Numbered from the stretch's first letter, positions 27,226 through 36,482 are shown. The stretch is 39,223 nt of DNA from an uncultured Hyphomicrobiaceae bacterium (GCA_964352165.1 CAYGRH010000001.1:1-39223); one strand, 5' to 3'. Made by a program: numbers and translations. The notes: generated by a model from the letters alone, not told the origin.

Positions 27226-27314
27226 GAGTCCTCTCAGGCCGTCACCGACTTCCATCCTAGATGAGGTCATGACGGCCCCTTAATGCAGAACGGAGGTAGC
27301 GTCGAAGTGACTGC

Positions 27315-27962
27315 TCACCTCGACGCCAGATACGCACCCGTTCCGATCAGCAAGCCGCCAGAAGTGAGCTCCAGCCCTCTCTGACGCCTCAGTCCGCTCG
27401 CCAGGACTGCGAGCTTCATTGCTCCCAAGGCATAGGCGCATTTTACGCCGCCCACCGAGACGATCGTGAGCGCTGCAACCACGATGATGTCTACGGCTGT
27501 CAATGTCGCCAGATCCAGAAGGGTCGGCAGGAGGCTGGCATAGAAGAATATTGCCTTAATGTCGCCGAGCGTCAGGGCGAGACCCGCCGCGTAGCTGCGA
27601 ACTAGATTGCCCTTCTGCAGAAATACGGGCCGAGAGGTCACGGCCGTACGGCTTTTTTCGCGATTCCCCCGGACCAATCCGATGCCGAGCCAGATCAGAT
27701 AGGCGGCTGCCAAGTATTTCATGACAATGAAGAACGCGCCCAGTTGTTCGGCAAGTGCAGTCATGCCGAACAACGCCATGGCCAGGAAGATCAGATCGCC
27801 CGTGACGACCCCAGCAGCGGTCGCAAGGCCATTCTGTGCCCCGAGAGTGGCCGAACGTGCCACTACCAAGGCAACGGAGGCGCTGGGCATCGCCGCTAGA
27901 GCAGTCACGACGCTGGAGAAGACAAAGGCGGCTAGTACCGTCATCGCGCGGTCCTGGATCAT
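27315..27962 (-). CDS. LysE/RhtB-family amino-acid exporter
   Basis: About 210 aa with six hydrophobic helices and family-typical size and Gly/Ala-rich helices. The start may be the internal Met at 27944. Confidence 0.75.
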   Translation of the reverse strand: MIQDRAMTVLAAFVFSSVVTALAAMPSASVALVVARSATLGAQNGLATAAGVVTGDLIFLAMALFGMTALAEQLGAFFIVMKYLAAAYLIWLGIGLVRGNREKSRTAVTSRPVFLQKGNLVRSYAAGLALTLGDIKAIFFYASLLPTLLDLATLTAVDIIVVAALTIVSVGGVKCAYALGAMKLAVLASGLRRQRGLELTSGGLLIGTGAYLASR

Positions 27963-28247
27963 GTGGTGGTGGAGCTAACTGAGGGCGAGAGTATAACAGC
28001 TGAGGATGGACGGCCACGATCCACCGCGCTGGACGTGTGTCTGTCTTGACCGCTTCGACAAGCAGCTCGGCCATCGGTCGTTCGACCGGCAGGGCCGCAA
28101 ACTCGTCCGAACCGTAGCCGGCCGCATCTGACAGTGCGGCCCGCCATTCAACTGAGATGCTGCATCTATTCAGATTGCGCTTCAAACGCGGTGTCCGTTG
28201 TTGTGAAGAGTTTCGGATGTCGGCGGATTCGGCAATGTAGGCGCTTG

Positions 28248-28264
28248 CACCGTGGCTCGGCGTT
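28248..28264 (+). repeat. Left copy of the 17-bp perfect direct repeat caccgtggctcggcgtt
   Basis: Read directly. The partner copy is at 30003-30019, and weaker similarity continues for ~10 nt downstream. Confidence 0.85.
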
Positions 28265-29258
28265 CGTAATTCTTGTCAATTCCAGTCTTCGCCCGACAAC
28301 TGTCGATTGTCCGGTTATCGACGAATTCCAGTCGAGTGATTGGCTTGCGGACCGAAAAAATCTTTGCGCTGCCATCCCGTGTTGTTCCCGCAGTTAGCTT
28401 TCGCGGTACTGCGGGCCGAACCGGCAGTTTTCGTTCATCAGTGAGTCTAGTCTTCCGGTTGCTAAAGGGCGTCAGAAGCTCGGCGGTGCCAGTAGTTCCG
28501 TGTCATACCCTTTCGGGCGTGCCAACGATAAAATGTACAGAGCTGAATCGGATTTTTTCAAATTGAGCGGGCGGCCAGCAGCACTGATGGGCCACCATGG
28601 AGAAGCTGAGCCTTGGGTCCCATATGCCGCAAATCAAGAGCTGTCTCCAAATGGGGCGACAACTGAGGCTCCCGTGCACGAAACGATCCGGCTGAAGCAG
28701 CCTCCGGCGCAGTGTACCGGCTGCATAAAATATTAAGCGTCAGATGCGCTCGGGTCATTTGTTCGCCTGGCAGAATGTCGGCAGACAGAGGATCTTTTCA
28801 GGGGTCTCTACCGGCGTTACGAGAAATCAAGTGGCGCGAAATTTGTTCGACAAAGAGCAACATCATTGCGAGACTTCAATCGTCAAATTACAGCATGGCG
28901 CCGCTTCACGGCGGACTTCGAGGAAATGGGGCGGGAAATATGGAAGAATTTCTAAAGGATCCAGCAAACATTGCGGTCTACGGACCAGCGGTCGTGGTCT
29001 TTCTTTTTATGATGCTCGAATTCCGGGGGCGACTGCGGCGGATGAACGATCGTTCCCGCGAATCAAAAGGCTAAGCGGCTTAATTCGGCGCTTCCTCGTT
29101 GGCCATTCAGCATTGGGAGCGCCCACATATTTAGGGCCAAGCTGTACAGCCCCCTTGTAATGGGCCACTTCGATGTAAAGTTTCTGGTACCGGCGGGCGC
29201 ATATTTAGCGCTTGGTGTGGGCGGGTGTGATTGTACTGGCGCAGCCACTGGGTCATGA

Positions 29259-29453
29259 CAGCGCGGGCCTGACCCGGCAAAGTTCGGCACGCACTCGCTG
29301 CGGCGGTCAAAGGCCGTGCTGATCTGCCGGCGAACCGGGAACCTTCGAGCTGTCCAACTCTTGCTTGGACATTCGAAGATCGAGAGCACCGTTCGATATC
29401 TCGGTATCGATGTCGATGATGCCATCGAGATCACGGAGAAGATCGATGTCTGA
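29259..29453 (+). pseudogene. C-terminal fragment of a tyrosine recombinase/integrase
   Basis: PAKFGTHSLRRSKAVLICRRTGNLRAVQLLLGHSKIESTVRYLGIDVDDAIEITEKIDV, then stop. It contains the HxxR and LLGH...Y catalytic box. A TGA at 29256 and frame breaks lie upstream, and there is no N-terminal part. Confidence 0.75.
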
Positions 29454-29608
29454 GTGTTCGACGCGATCCCCCTGACAACAGACGTGATCGGCGATGGAAT
29501 CTCCGTCGTCAATCATGGCCAGGCCGATGACAGCTTCTGGGATCTTCCGGGCATGCCTCAACGAGGGTCCCACTTGAATGAGCCAATGCAAACAAGTAGT
29601 CACAGACG

Positions 29609-29815
29609 TTATGCCGTACGTGATCTCTGGGTCCTGTAGACAAGGACGCCGTGAGCAAGCAACCCAAGGCCCCAGCCGAGTAGCGGCCACTGAAACCAGG
29701 TCACATGCGGACCTGTGAGCACGTCGATAACGAATAGCAACAAGTTGACGCTTGCATACACGATCAGGTGGATCAGAAATGGTTGATTACCTAGCAATTG
29801 ATTGATGAGCGACAT
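29609..29815 (-). CDS. Small 2TM-domain membrane protein
   Basis: From internal Met: MSLINQLLGNQPFLIHLIVYASVNLLLFVIDVLTGPHVTWFQWPLLGWGLGLLAHGVLVY. Confidence 0.5.
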   Translation of the reverse strand: MSLINQLLGNQPFLIHLIVYASVNLLLFVIDVLTGPHVTWFQWPLLGWGLGLLAHGVLVYRTQRSRTA

Positions 29816-30002
29816 GAATAAGCCTCGCATGGTCACGCGTTTGGTGGCGTGATCTAGATGGAACACGGTCGGCAATGAACCAATCCTGCAGGCTATTGCG
29901 CTTACACGCATTGATCAGCAGCAACCCTGCATTTCGTCATCTGCCACGCAGGTGTTGCGCGTTGGCACGATGACGGTTGCGGGTCATCGGCTGTAATGAT
30001 GA

Positions 30003-30019
30003 CACCGTGGCTCGGCGTT
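30003..30019 (+). repeat. Right copy of the 17-bp perfect direct repeat caccgtggctcggcgtt
   Basis: Read directly. Confidence 0.85.
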
Positions 30020-30478
30020 TGGTTACTCCTTATGGCCTGACCAACGGGCCTCAGACTTCCGGTTCTTCCTGATCAGCCGAAGTTGCACAAAGCCGGGCCA
30101 ACGTCAGCGTCGGGTCAAAAGCGAGCGTTTGCGCTGCACAACCAATGTCCGGTGCTGGTGAGAGGAGTCGTTGGTCGGCCTGAGACCAGCAAGTCAGGCA
30201 TGTCTGCAATCTCCGCTTTGCTGCCTTTTGCAACATTTGTGATTGGGGATGCAACGGGGGCCAGCAGGCCCCCTTGCCGAGGCGGCGTGAGCCGACGAGC
30301 AAGCGGTGCTGTGTAATACAGCACACATCTTGCGGAACGAATTTTGGACCAGCTTCGTGGACTGGTGATGCGTGGCATGAGATCTTGTGTTGGTGCATTT
30401 CCGGGTCCCGTGAACCGCCTTTGACCCGCGCTGCTCCGTTGGTGTTCCATCCGGCTATTTCTCTGCCTTCCTGCCAAC

Positions 30479-31090
30479 TTAGTGCAGCACTCTGAGCCCC
30501 AACCGTTTGAAGCCTCTTGTAAGCGTTGCGTGGCTGACTTTCATACGTCCGGCGACTTCGTAGATCGGCGTCCCATGCTGGACGACAAGGCGATGTCCTT
30601 CGAGAATGTCGCCTGGGCTAAGCGCAAAAGGCCGTCCGATTTGCTTGCCGCGCTCACGGGCGGCAGCGAGGCCATGCACCGTGTTTTCGCGGATCATATC
30701 GCGCTGGAATTCCGCGACAGCGGCAAAGACATGATAGACGAGCTTGCCACCGGGCGTGGTCGTGTTGACCCCTTCGGCCAGCGAGCAGAAATGAATCCCT
30801 TCACGCTGAAACCGTGTCAGCAGGTCGGCCAAATGCAGGACCGAGCGCCCCAATCGATCGAGCTTGAAGACGACCAGAACGTCTCCAGGTCTCAGGGTGC
30901 TAAGGGCGCCATCCAGACCGGGCCGTTCAGCCTTTGTGCCTGAGACGCCATGGTCGGTGAAGATGTGTGAACACCGAACGCCATTGAGAGCGTCCAGCTG
31001 CATGTCGAGCTTTTGTTCTGCTGTGGAGACGCGCGCATAACCGATCCGGCGGGCGGTACCTTCGAGCGGCGGCCAGAACGAGTCTGTCAT
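30479..31090 (-). CDS. Small serine recombinase (resolvase/invertase family)
   Basis: RIGYARVSTAEQKLDMQLDAL...DVLVVFKLDRLGRS...AEFQRDMIRENT...GRPFAL, plus the C-terminal HTH IYEVAGRMKVSHATLTRGFKRLG. Confidence 0.9.
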   Translation of the reverse strand: MTDSFWPPLEGTARRIGYARVSTAEQKLDMQLDALNGVRCSHIFTDHGVSGTKAERPGLDGALSTLRPGDVLVVFKLDRLGRSVLHLADLLTRFQREGIHFCSLAEGVNTTTPGGKLVYHVFAAVAEFQRDMIRENTVHGLAAARERGKQIGRPFALSPGDILEGHRLVVQHGTPIYEVAGRMKVSHATLTRGFKRLGLRVLH

Positions 31091-31245
31091 GAGCTCACCT
31101 CGTCAAAACCGAACCCTTTCGGCAGGTGACCTCGAACGGCGCTGATTGGCACCTCAGCAGTTCTAGTGACTGAATATCCGCAGTTTTTCAAGTAGTTTTG
31201 GCTCATGATAGTGCTAGTACTAGTGCTATAAATATACGTTCCTTT

Positions 31246-31587
31246 ATGAAGACCATAAAACGCCTAGTGCTCGCAAGTCTGAGTGCTATTGTGTGCATAC
31301 TCGCGCAAGAAACGCATGCGAAAGAGTCACTCACGAGTGCTAGGTTCTTGCAGTATTCAGCAGAAGCACAGCGCAATTACATCGTGACGTCTTCTATCAT
31401 GGCCGGGCTAGTTGCTTCGCAGAACAGAAAAACCCAAACGGAATGCATCAACGACTGGGCGGCACAGAATGCTGCCTCCGGATTTGAACCCGTCATCGCA
31501 ACCATGAAGAAACACCCTCAATTTCACCCCAGCGGGGTAATCATCGCAGTGCTACAGAAGGCATGCGGGTCATTTGCGTATAAATAG
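31246..31587 (+). CDS. Small secreted protein with two Cys, unknown function
   Basis: Signal peptide MKTIKRLVLASLSAIVCILAQETHA. Lies in a locally AT-rich patch. Cys residues at TECIND and QKACGSF. Confidence 0.55.
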   Translation: MKTIKRLVLASLSAIVCILAQETHAKESLTSARFLQYSAEAQRNYIVTSSIMAGLVASQNRKTQTECINDWAAQNAASGFEPVIATMKKHPQFHPSGVIIAVLQKACGSFAYK

Positions 31588-31589
31588 AG

Positions 31590-32339
31590 CTAGGGCAGCA
31601 CCGGTATCTCCGGACTAGTTGGCGTCTTCGGTGTCGGTACAGAAACAGAATCGTTCGCGCGTCCTTCGACCTGGAGATCCGGCATCTGCTCAACGATGTC
31701 GCGCTGAAATACCTCCAACTCTTCCGGCGATGGCGGATTTGCGTCGTCGCTCATGCGGTCACGAATGCGGCCCAGGACGTCGACCTGATAGGTCCCCAAT
31801 TCAGATTGGGCCGTCATAGAAGCTTCGACGGCGCCCTTAGCCTGGACATGCTCTTCAAAACCGGGCTCGCCGCCGTGCCATTGGATAGCGGCAGCATCAT
31901 CCACGCTGACGAGGTCGCCATCAGCGCTGCGGATCTGGCCTGCTGCATCGCGAAACACGATCGTACCATCCGGCAGGCGTGCCGCGCGATCGAGAATGTG
32001 CTGGTGATGTTCTTTGGCCTTGGTCAGGGCAAGAGCGGCGGCTGATAAGGAACGCTCTGTGGCGCGCTCGGCGCTATCCAAGGCGATCATCGTTTCTTTG
32101 TAGAGCGCAGCATAGGCGGCATCGCTGGCCAGAAGCAGCTGCAGCCGTGACATGGCATCGACTCGACCGTCGCCAGACCTGCCAGCTTTGCGTGCCTCCT
32201 GCTGCTCTGCCGTCAGGAAACGTTTCGCGCGACCGGTTTCCAGCCCGGAAAGCTCGTTTTGCAGATCGTCGAAATCCTGCTGACGTTTTGCGGACGCAGC
32301 GGCACGGCCATATGCTTCACTTAACGTGCCTTTATCCAT
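31590..32339 (-). CDS. Hypothetical coiled-coil-rich protein
   Basis: ORF track, from internal Met MDKGTLSEAYG. High-GC third positions. No family recognised. Confidence 0.55.
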   Translation of the reverse strand: MDKGTLSEAYGRAAASAKRQQDFDDLQNELSGLETGRAKRFLTAEQQEARKAGRSGDGRVDAMSRLQLLLASDAAYAALYKETMIALDSAERATERSLSAAALALTKAKEHHQHILDRAARLPDGTIVFRDAAGQIRSADGDLVSVDDAAAIQWHGGEPGFEEHVQAKGAVEASMTAQSELGTYQVDVLGRIRDRMSDDANPPSPEELEVFQRDIVEQMPDLQVEGRANDSVSVPTPKTPTSPEIPVLP

Positions 32340-32556
32340 TGCCGGTCCCCCATACCGCTTTAGGCTTGGCGGACCCGGCACACAGAGAAACGGTAGAACT
32401 GCTCCAATTGTTGCCGAGCTTGTCCTTGCCCTAGCCCACTGTAATATAATAACAAATTTCGATCTTTCGTGTCAAAAGACTGACCGGCAACTGAGTGCAA
32501 ACCGGCAGCCACAGCCCGCCTGAAGTTGGCGGCTGCATTCATGATGGATCTCAAAA

Positions 32557-33696
32557 ATGACCGGGAACGAGCAGTTTGAGCGCTTCTGCTGCGAGCGACT
32601 GCATGCAGCGCACTTGGACACGTCCACGGGCGACCCGAGCGTCATGCTCTTCGATCTGTCTGTATCCAGCTTCCGGCAACATGTTGACTGGGCAAGTGAT
32701 CTGCAAAATCGTGATCAGCGCCCCTTTCAGCTTCGTGCCGGCTTCGTCGAGGACGTGCGTCCAAACGCTATTGCCGATTACTGGGAAGGGACGCATTTCG
32801 TCGGCATGCACTCCCCACTGTTTGTGGTGATCATGGAATTCGCGATGTTCTGCTTTACGCAACGCGGCTTCTTTCCATCGATCGGAGATGCGGGCGCCGA
32901 GCGCTCTCCGCCACTGATTGGTTGCTACGTGCCGGGCTTCTGGCTTCTTGATCGAACGAAGCAGGGCAAGCCAGTTGACCACGCGCACAGTGAAGCGTTG
33001 ACGCCACGTGACCCGGAGCGCTACCGCGCCTCACTGTATCTGGCGCTACTCATGGCCCGGTTTGTATGGCTGCATGAGTTTTCACATTGCCACAACGGCC
33101 ACGTCGGCTTTGCTCAGGAGAAGGGTTTGGCGCTGCGTCTCAACGAAGTGCCAATGCCTGCCGTTGGCTTTGCGAAACTTACCTTCGCCGGCTCAGCCGA
33201 AGACAAGAGAGACATTCTGCATTGCCTGGAGTTCGACGCGGATATGTCGGCATTTTTCGCCAGCTGCCGGCTGCAGGCAGATGATCGCGAGAACATCGAA
33301 GGATTGGGAGCCTGGGACCGGCGGATGCGACTGGTGATGACGATTTTCGGCGCTTACGCCATGACCTGGCTGTTCGACGAACTCCAAACCTACATGGCAC
33401 CTGAAAGCCGGATGACGCCTCAACAGAACGCGTCTCATCCTCCGCCATACTACCGCTTACAAAACCTCTTTCGGACGGTGGCATCTCAACTGAAAGGCAA
33501 GGTGGAAAACGCATCAGAGTTGAATACATCCGCATGTATTCAGTTCGATGCGATCAACCGTACCATCGACACGGCATACCGCTCGAAGTCGCTGTTTCGG
33601 GATCTACGTGATGAGGCCCTGCAGGGTGAGATTACGAAGCTGGATGAGCGGCTGTCTGATCTTAAGCCTGATCTCGCCGCTTTTGAGTATTCCTAG
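32557..33696 (+). CDS. Hypothetical protein with a putative Zn-metallopeptidase motif, HEFSHCHNGH
   Basis: A 379-aa ORF with strong GC3 bias. The HExxH motif sits in LLMARFVWLHEFSHCHNGHVGF. No signal peptide or TM segment is evident. Confidence 0.65.
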   Translation: MTGNEQFERFCCERLHAAHLDTSTGDPSVMLFDLSVSSFRQHVDWASDLQNRDQRPFQLRAGFVEDVRPNAIADYWEGTHFVGMHSPLFVVIMEFAMFCFTQRGFFPSIGDAGAERSPPLIGCYVPGFWLLDRTKQGKPVDHAHSEALTPRDPERYRASLYLALLMARFVWLHEFSHCHNGHVGFAQEKGLALRLNEVPMPAVGFAKLTFAGSAEDKRDILHCLEFDADMSAFFASCRLQADDRENIEGLGAWDRRMRLVMTIFGAYAMTWLFDELQTYMAPESRMTPQQNASHPPPYYRLQNLFRTVASQLKGKVENASELNTSACIQFDAINRTIDTAYRSKSLFRDLRDEALQGEITKLDERLSDLKPDLAAFEYS

Positions 33697-34532
33697 CGAT
33701 CAACGCGCGTCGTCGGAGAAATGAACTGCGCATTGATCCTCAACACATCCCAGTGGGACTCATGAGGCTCCAGCAGCCCGTTCGCAATGTTGTTCAAGAC
33801 TTCAGGTGCCACAGGAATGCCCGGCTTGAGCCTATTGCACACGTCGGCAGCATCGAACCCATTGAACAACAGGAAGACAAAGCGATGCATCCCGGCATCT
33901 TCTTCTTCACTCAATGGCTGCAGCGCGCCGCTCGTCTCGCAAGCTGGCACAACATGTTTCCCGGTGGAGATGGTTGTCTGAAATCCTGCCTTGGATAGCG
34001 GTAGCGGATACCAGACGTCTTTGTAGCCTTGAAAGCACAGGACCGTGCGGGCTGATGTGGAAGCGATGCGAAAGACAAACCGTTGCCCCAGGAGTATCGG
34101 CTGTTCGTGGACAGGATCAGGTTCCGCGAACTTAACGATACCGAATGGCCCCTCCGAAACGGGAAGGATTTCGACGTCATCGAAGCGGCCGAAGGTGCTG
34201 ATGAAGACAGGCCAACTTGCCTGACCCTCTTGCACTTTTGCCTCGAACAGGGCCGCTCTGAGATCTTCTGCGATCGCGGGCGCGGTTGTCGCCAGCCACC
34301 GATAGACGTGCCCTGCGTTGACTTTGCTGATCTTCCCTTTGCGGAAATTGTCGTCATAGCCGATCCCTTGATGGCCCGGCATTCCAGCTTCACGGAATAA
34401 CGCATCCCATTCGAGATGCCTCGCTGCCTTGGCGCGCTTCGCGAATTTGTAGAGGGTCTTCCTGTCCTCTTCAGAAGCGACAGCCCAGTTCGGTTCAAAG
34501 TGACTGAGACGCCGAGCCCGTCCGGGCATCAT
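33693..34532 (-). CDS. Hypothetical protein with a DUF4384-like beta-rich C-terminal region
   Basis: From MMPGRARRLSHFEPNW. The C-terminal pattern is ILLGQRFVFRIASTSARTVLCFQGYKDVWYPLPLS...GMHRFVFLLFN. Its stop codon shares the CTAG tetranucleotide with the convergent HExxH gene. Confidence 0.55.
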   Translation of the reverse strand: MMPGRARRLSHFEPNWAVASEEDRKTLYKFAKRAKAARHLEWDALFREAGMPGHQGIGYDDNFRKGKISKVNAGHVYRWLATTAPAIAEDLRAALFEAKVQEGQASWPVFISTFGRFDDVEILPVSEGPFGIVKFAEPDPVHEQPILLGQRFVFRIASTSARTVLCFQGYKDVWYPLPLSKAGFQTTISTGKHVVPACETSGALQPLSEEEDAGMHRFVFLLFNGFDAADVCNRLKPGIPVAPEVLNNIANGLLEPHESHWDVLRINAQFISPTTRVDR

Positions 34533-34620
34533 TTTACCCCCGCGATTACCCCATGAATTACCCGGCCACTGCGCTGTAGTTGAGAAGGCCTTGGTTCCCG
34601 CAATGGAAGGAGGCCTCACT

Positions 34621-35058
34621 ATGCCGATCTGCAACGCATGTCACAAACGCTATCAAACACAATGCAAGCACTGCCAGCCGAATGGAGACGCAGCTAAGCC
34701 GTCGGAGATTGTTGTTGCTACGAACGAGCAACTGCAGCGCCGCTCACACGTACAGCGGCTCGCTATCGCAACCCTTGCTCTGGGTCATTCCAGGCGGGTC
34801 ATGATCAACGTCATCGCTGATGTGCTCTATCACTATCACGGTGATCTTTTCTGGCCCGACGGCGTGCCCTACGACCTCCCGGAAATCGATGAGGTCTTCG
34901 GCAATGACCCGACATTTCGCTGGGTGTCGGCCTTCCTGAACTTTGCCGTCGAGACGCCGCGCCAGGCTACGCAGGAGCGCGTGATCGAGCGGTTGCGGAT
35001 GATTGATCTGTATTTCAGGATCGCGCATCCGGACATCGCCAAGCGGATCGCCAAATAG
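34621..35058 (+). CDS. Zn-ribbon protein, paralogue 1 (CxxC-x9-CxxC N terminus), unknown function
   Basis: RBS ggaaggagg. Sequence MPICNACHKRYQTQCKHC...RRSHVQRLAIATLAL..SRR..IADV...WPDG...FRWVSAFLNFA...RLRMIDLYFRI....IAK. Confidence 0.65.
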   Translation: MPICNACHKRYQTQCKHCQPNGDAAKPSEIVVATNEQLQRRSHVQRLAIATLALGHSRRVMINVIADVLYHYHGDLFWPDGVPYDLPEIDEVFGNDPTFRWVSAFLNFAVETPRQATQERVIERLRMIDLYFRIAHPDIAKRIAK

Positions 35059-35106
35059 ATCCTGGGCATTGGCAGCGGGACAATGCTCCGCTGCCAACCT
35101 TGCTGC

Positions 35107-35730
35107 TTATCCACCCAGCGGGTTTCGTAGAAGATATCGGCGGTAGTCGTCAAAAAGGCGCCCGTGCGGGAACTGGTAGCGGCGCGCGCCGGGAAGCGCG
35201 CTGCATATTTGGACCGGCCAATCCTTGCCGTTAAGCGAGGACACGAGGCCGCCAAGCTCACGTAATAGCGTTTCCCTGCCAGATTCGCAGGCGGTGAGCC
35301 CCCGCAAGTCCAGGGCGCAAAGCAGCCGAACGGCGGTTTCGAAGACCAGAAGCTGCCGTTCGGCCACGCCCGCCAACCGCGGAGCGTGGCGCAGGCGATG
35401 ACGGCGATGCAAGCGGCTTTCTGCAAGCGCATCGAGGAATGCAGCGCCATCTTGGCGCAACGCATCACCCTGAATGAGCAATCGCCCTGCCTGGCCGAAC
35501 GCGTCCGGTTGCTGACGGACGGCCTGAGGGAGCCGTTCGCGAAGCGCAGCGTATGTTGTGCGGATGGTTTTGGCGGAGACGTGGGTGCGCGGCTCCAACT
35601 CGGCAATGGTTCGCCCTTCGGCGTAGCCGCGCAGCACTCTCAGGAATTTGTGCTCCGAGAGTTTGGCTCTGGCCGCGTACCGGTTTCGCGGCCGGCAGAC
35701 TTTCCGTTTTTTGCTTTCGACACGCCGCAC
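35107..35730 (-). CDS. Hypothetical protein whose N-terminal HTH resembles the IS1595/ISXO2-type transposase N terminus; no DDE domain
   Basis: RYAARAKLSEHKFLRVLRGYAEGRTIAELEPRTHVSAKTIRTTYAALRERL. The rest is Arg/Leu-rich and helical. Confidence 0.55.
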   Translation of the reverse strand: MRRVESKKRKVCRPRNRYAARAKLSEHKFLRVLRGYAEGRTIAELEPRTHVSAKTIRTTYAALRERLPQAVRQQPDAFGQAGRLLIQGDALRQDGAAFLDALAESRLHRRHRLRHAPRLAGVAERQLLVFETAVRLLCALDLRGLTACESGRETLLRELGGLVSSLNGKDWPVQICSALPGARRYQFPHGRLFDDYRRYLLRNPLGG

Positions 35731-35930
35731 AGCTCCGCTCCCACGCTTCGTTCGAACTCGAATCGTGACAGCCGTGCTTCCCTAGAAATTTGCGCGCGAC
35801 AGCGTCGTTTTCTTACCTTCACATTTCGCGCCAGACATACCCGCAATTCCTACGTGGGTATTCGGTGCGGTGATTTTTTTTAAAGCTGCGGAGCGATCCG
35901 CCAACACCAATAAGAAAAGGACCATTGCCA

Positions 35931-36365
35931 ATGCCGACCTGCAGCCGCTGTGGACGTGATGTCTGCAAACCTTGTGTTTTCAAATCCTCTTCCAAACTGC
36001 CGCGAACCATCATCGTTGCCAGCGATGCTGAGCTCTCAAGGCGGTCGCATTTCCAGCGCCTTGCGATCGCAACGCGCGCCCTTGATCTGTCCCGACGCCA
36101 GATCCCGAACTGGATTGCTGATGTGGTGTTCGGATTCGAGGGGCTGGTGTTGTGGCCGGATGGCAAGCCGTTCGAGGTCGATGATGAGGACATTGACGCC
36201 GCGTTCAACGATGACGGCAGTTTTCGCTGGCTCTCGGATTTTTTGGCCTTCGCTGAACGTGAGCCGGCGCAAGCGCCGCAGAGCCGAATACTGTTGCGGC
36301 TTCGGCTGATCGATTTAGCGTTTCGGATTTGCGATCCCTACAGGGCCGGACTGATCGCGAAATAA
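35931..36365 (+). CDS. Zn-ribbon protein, paralogue 2
   Basis: MPTCSRCGRDVCKPC...RRSHFQRLAIATRAL..SRR..IADV...WPDG...FRWLSDFLAFA...RLRLIDLAFRI....IAK. Collinear with 34621-35058 over the full length. Confidence 0.65.
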   Translation: MPTCSRCGRDVCKPCVFKSSSKLPRTIIVASDAELSRRSHFQRLAIATRALDLSRRQIPNWIADVVFGFEGLVLWPDGKPFEVDDEDIDAAFNDDGSFRWLSDFLAFAEREPAQAPQSRILLRLRLIDLAFRICDPYRAGLIAK

Positions 36366-36482
36366 TACCGGTGAAGCGCCTCCGGACTTCCGCCCAGTAT
36401 TTGAGGTCGGTCGCGCTATTCCTTCTCGCATCGAAGCCCGGTACCGGCAAGTCCGGTCCCGAAGCCAAGAGGAGAAACGAGA

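Noticed and set aside
27556-28185. 209-aa minus-strand ORF overlapping the LysE gene
   Set aside because: It lies out of frame over most of the LysE exporter coding region, and the exporter frame gives a coherent six-helix membrane protein. The part upstream of 27962 may be a remnant of a regulator, but I could not support that.
30256-30273. Perfect hairpin gggggcc-agca-ggccccc as a terminator
   Set aside because: No T-run follows it on either strand. It is about 200 nt from the nearest gene end (the resolvase stop at 30479), so it is not a canonical intrinsic terminator.
31091-31140. Possible hix/gix-like crossover site upstream of the small serine recombinase
   Set aside because: Only a 5-bp dyad (ccgaa...ttcgg) is present. 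There is no convincing match to the 26-bp invertase site pattern, and no inverted partner site was found in the window.
32551-32988. 145-aa minus-strand ORF, and the 64-aa ORF 32360-32554
   Set aside because: The 145-aa ORF overlaps the N-terminal part of the 379-aa HExxH ORF on the opposite strand. The + frame is longer, has strong GC3 bias and reads as a globular protein. The 64-aa ORF sits in the divergent intergenic region and has no ribosome-binding site.
34869-35883. ORFs 34869-35606 (minus, 245 aa) and 35386-35883 (plus, 165 aa)
   Set aside because: These are alternative or antisense frames of the 207-aa HTH gene and the 3' end of Zn-ribbon paralogue 1. Their products are Arg/Ala/Ser-rich with no motifs.
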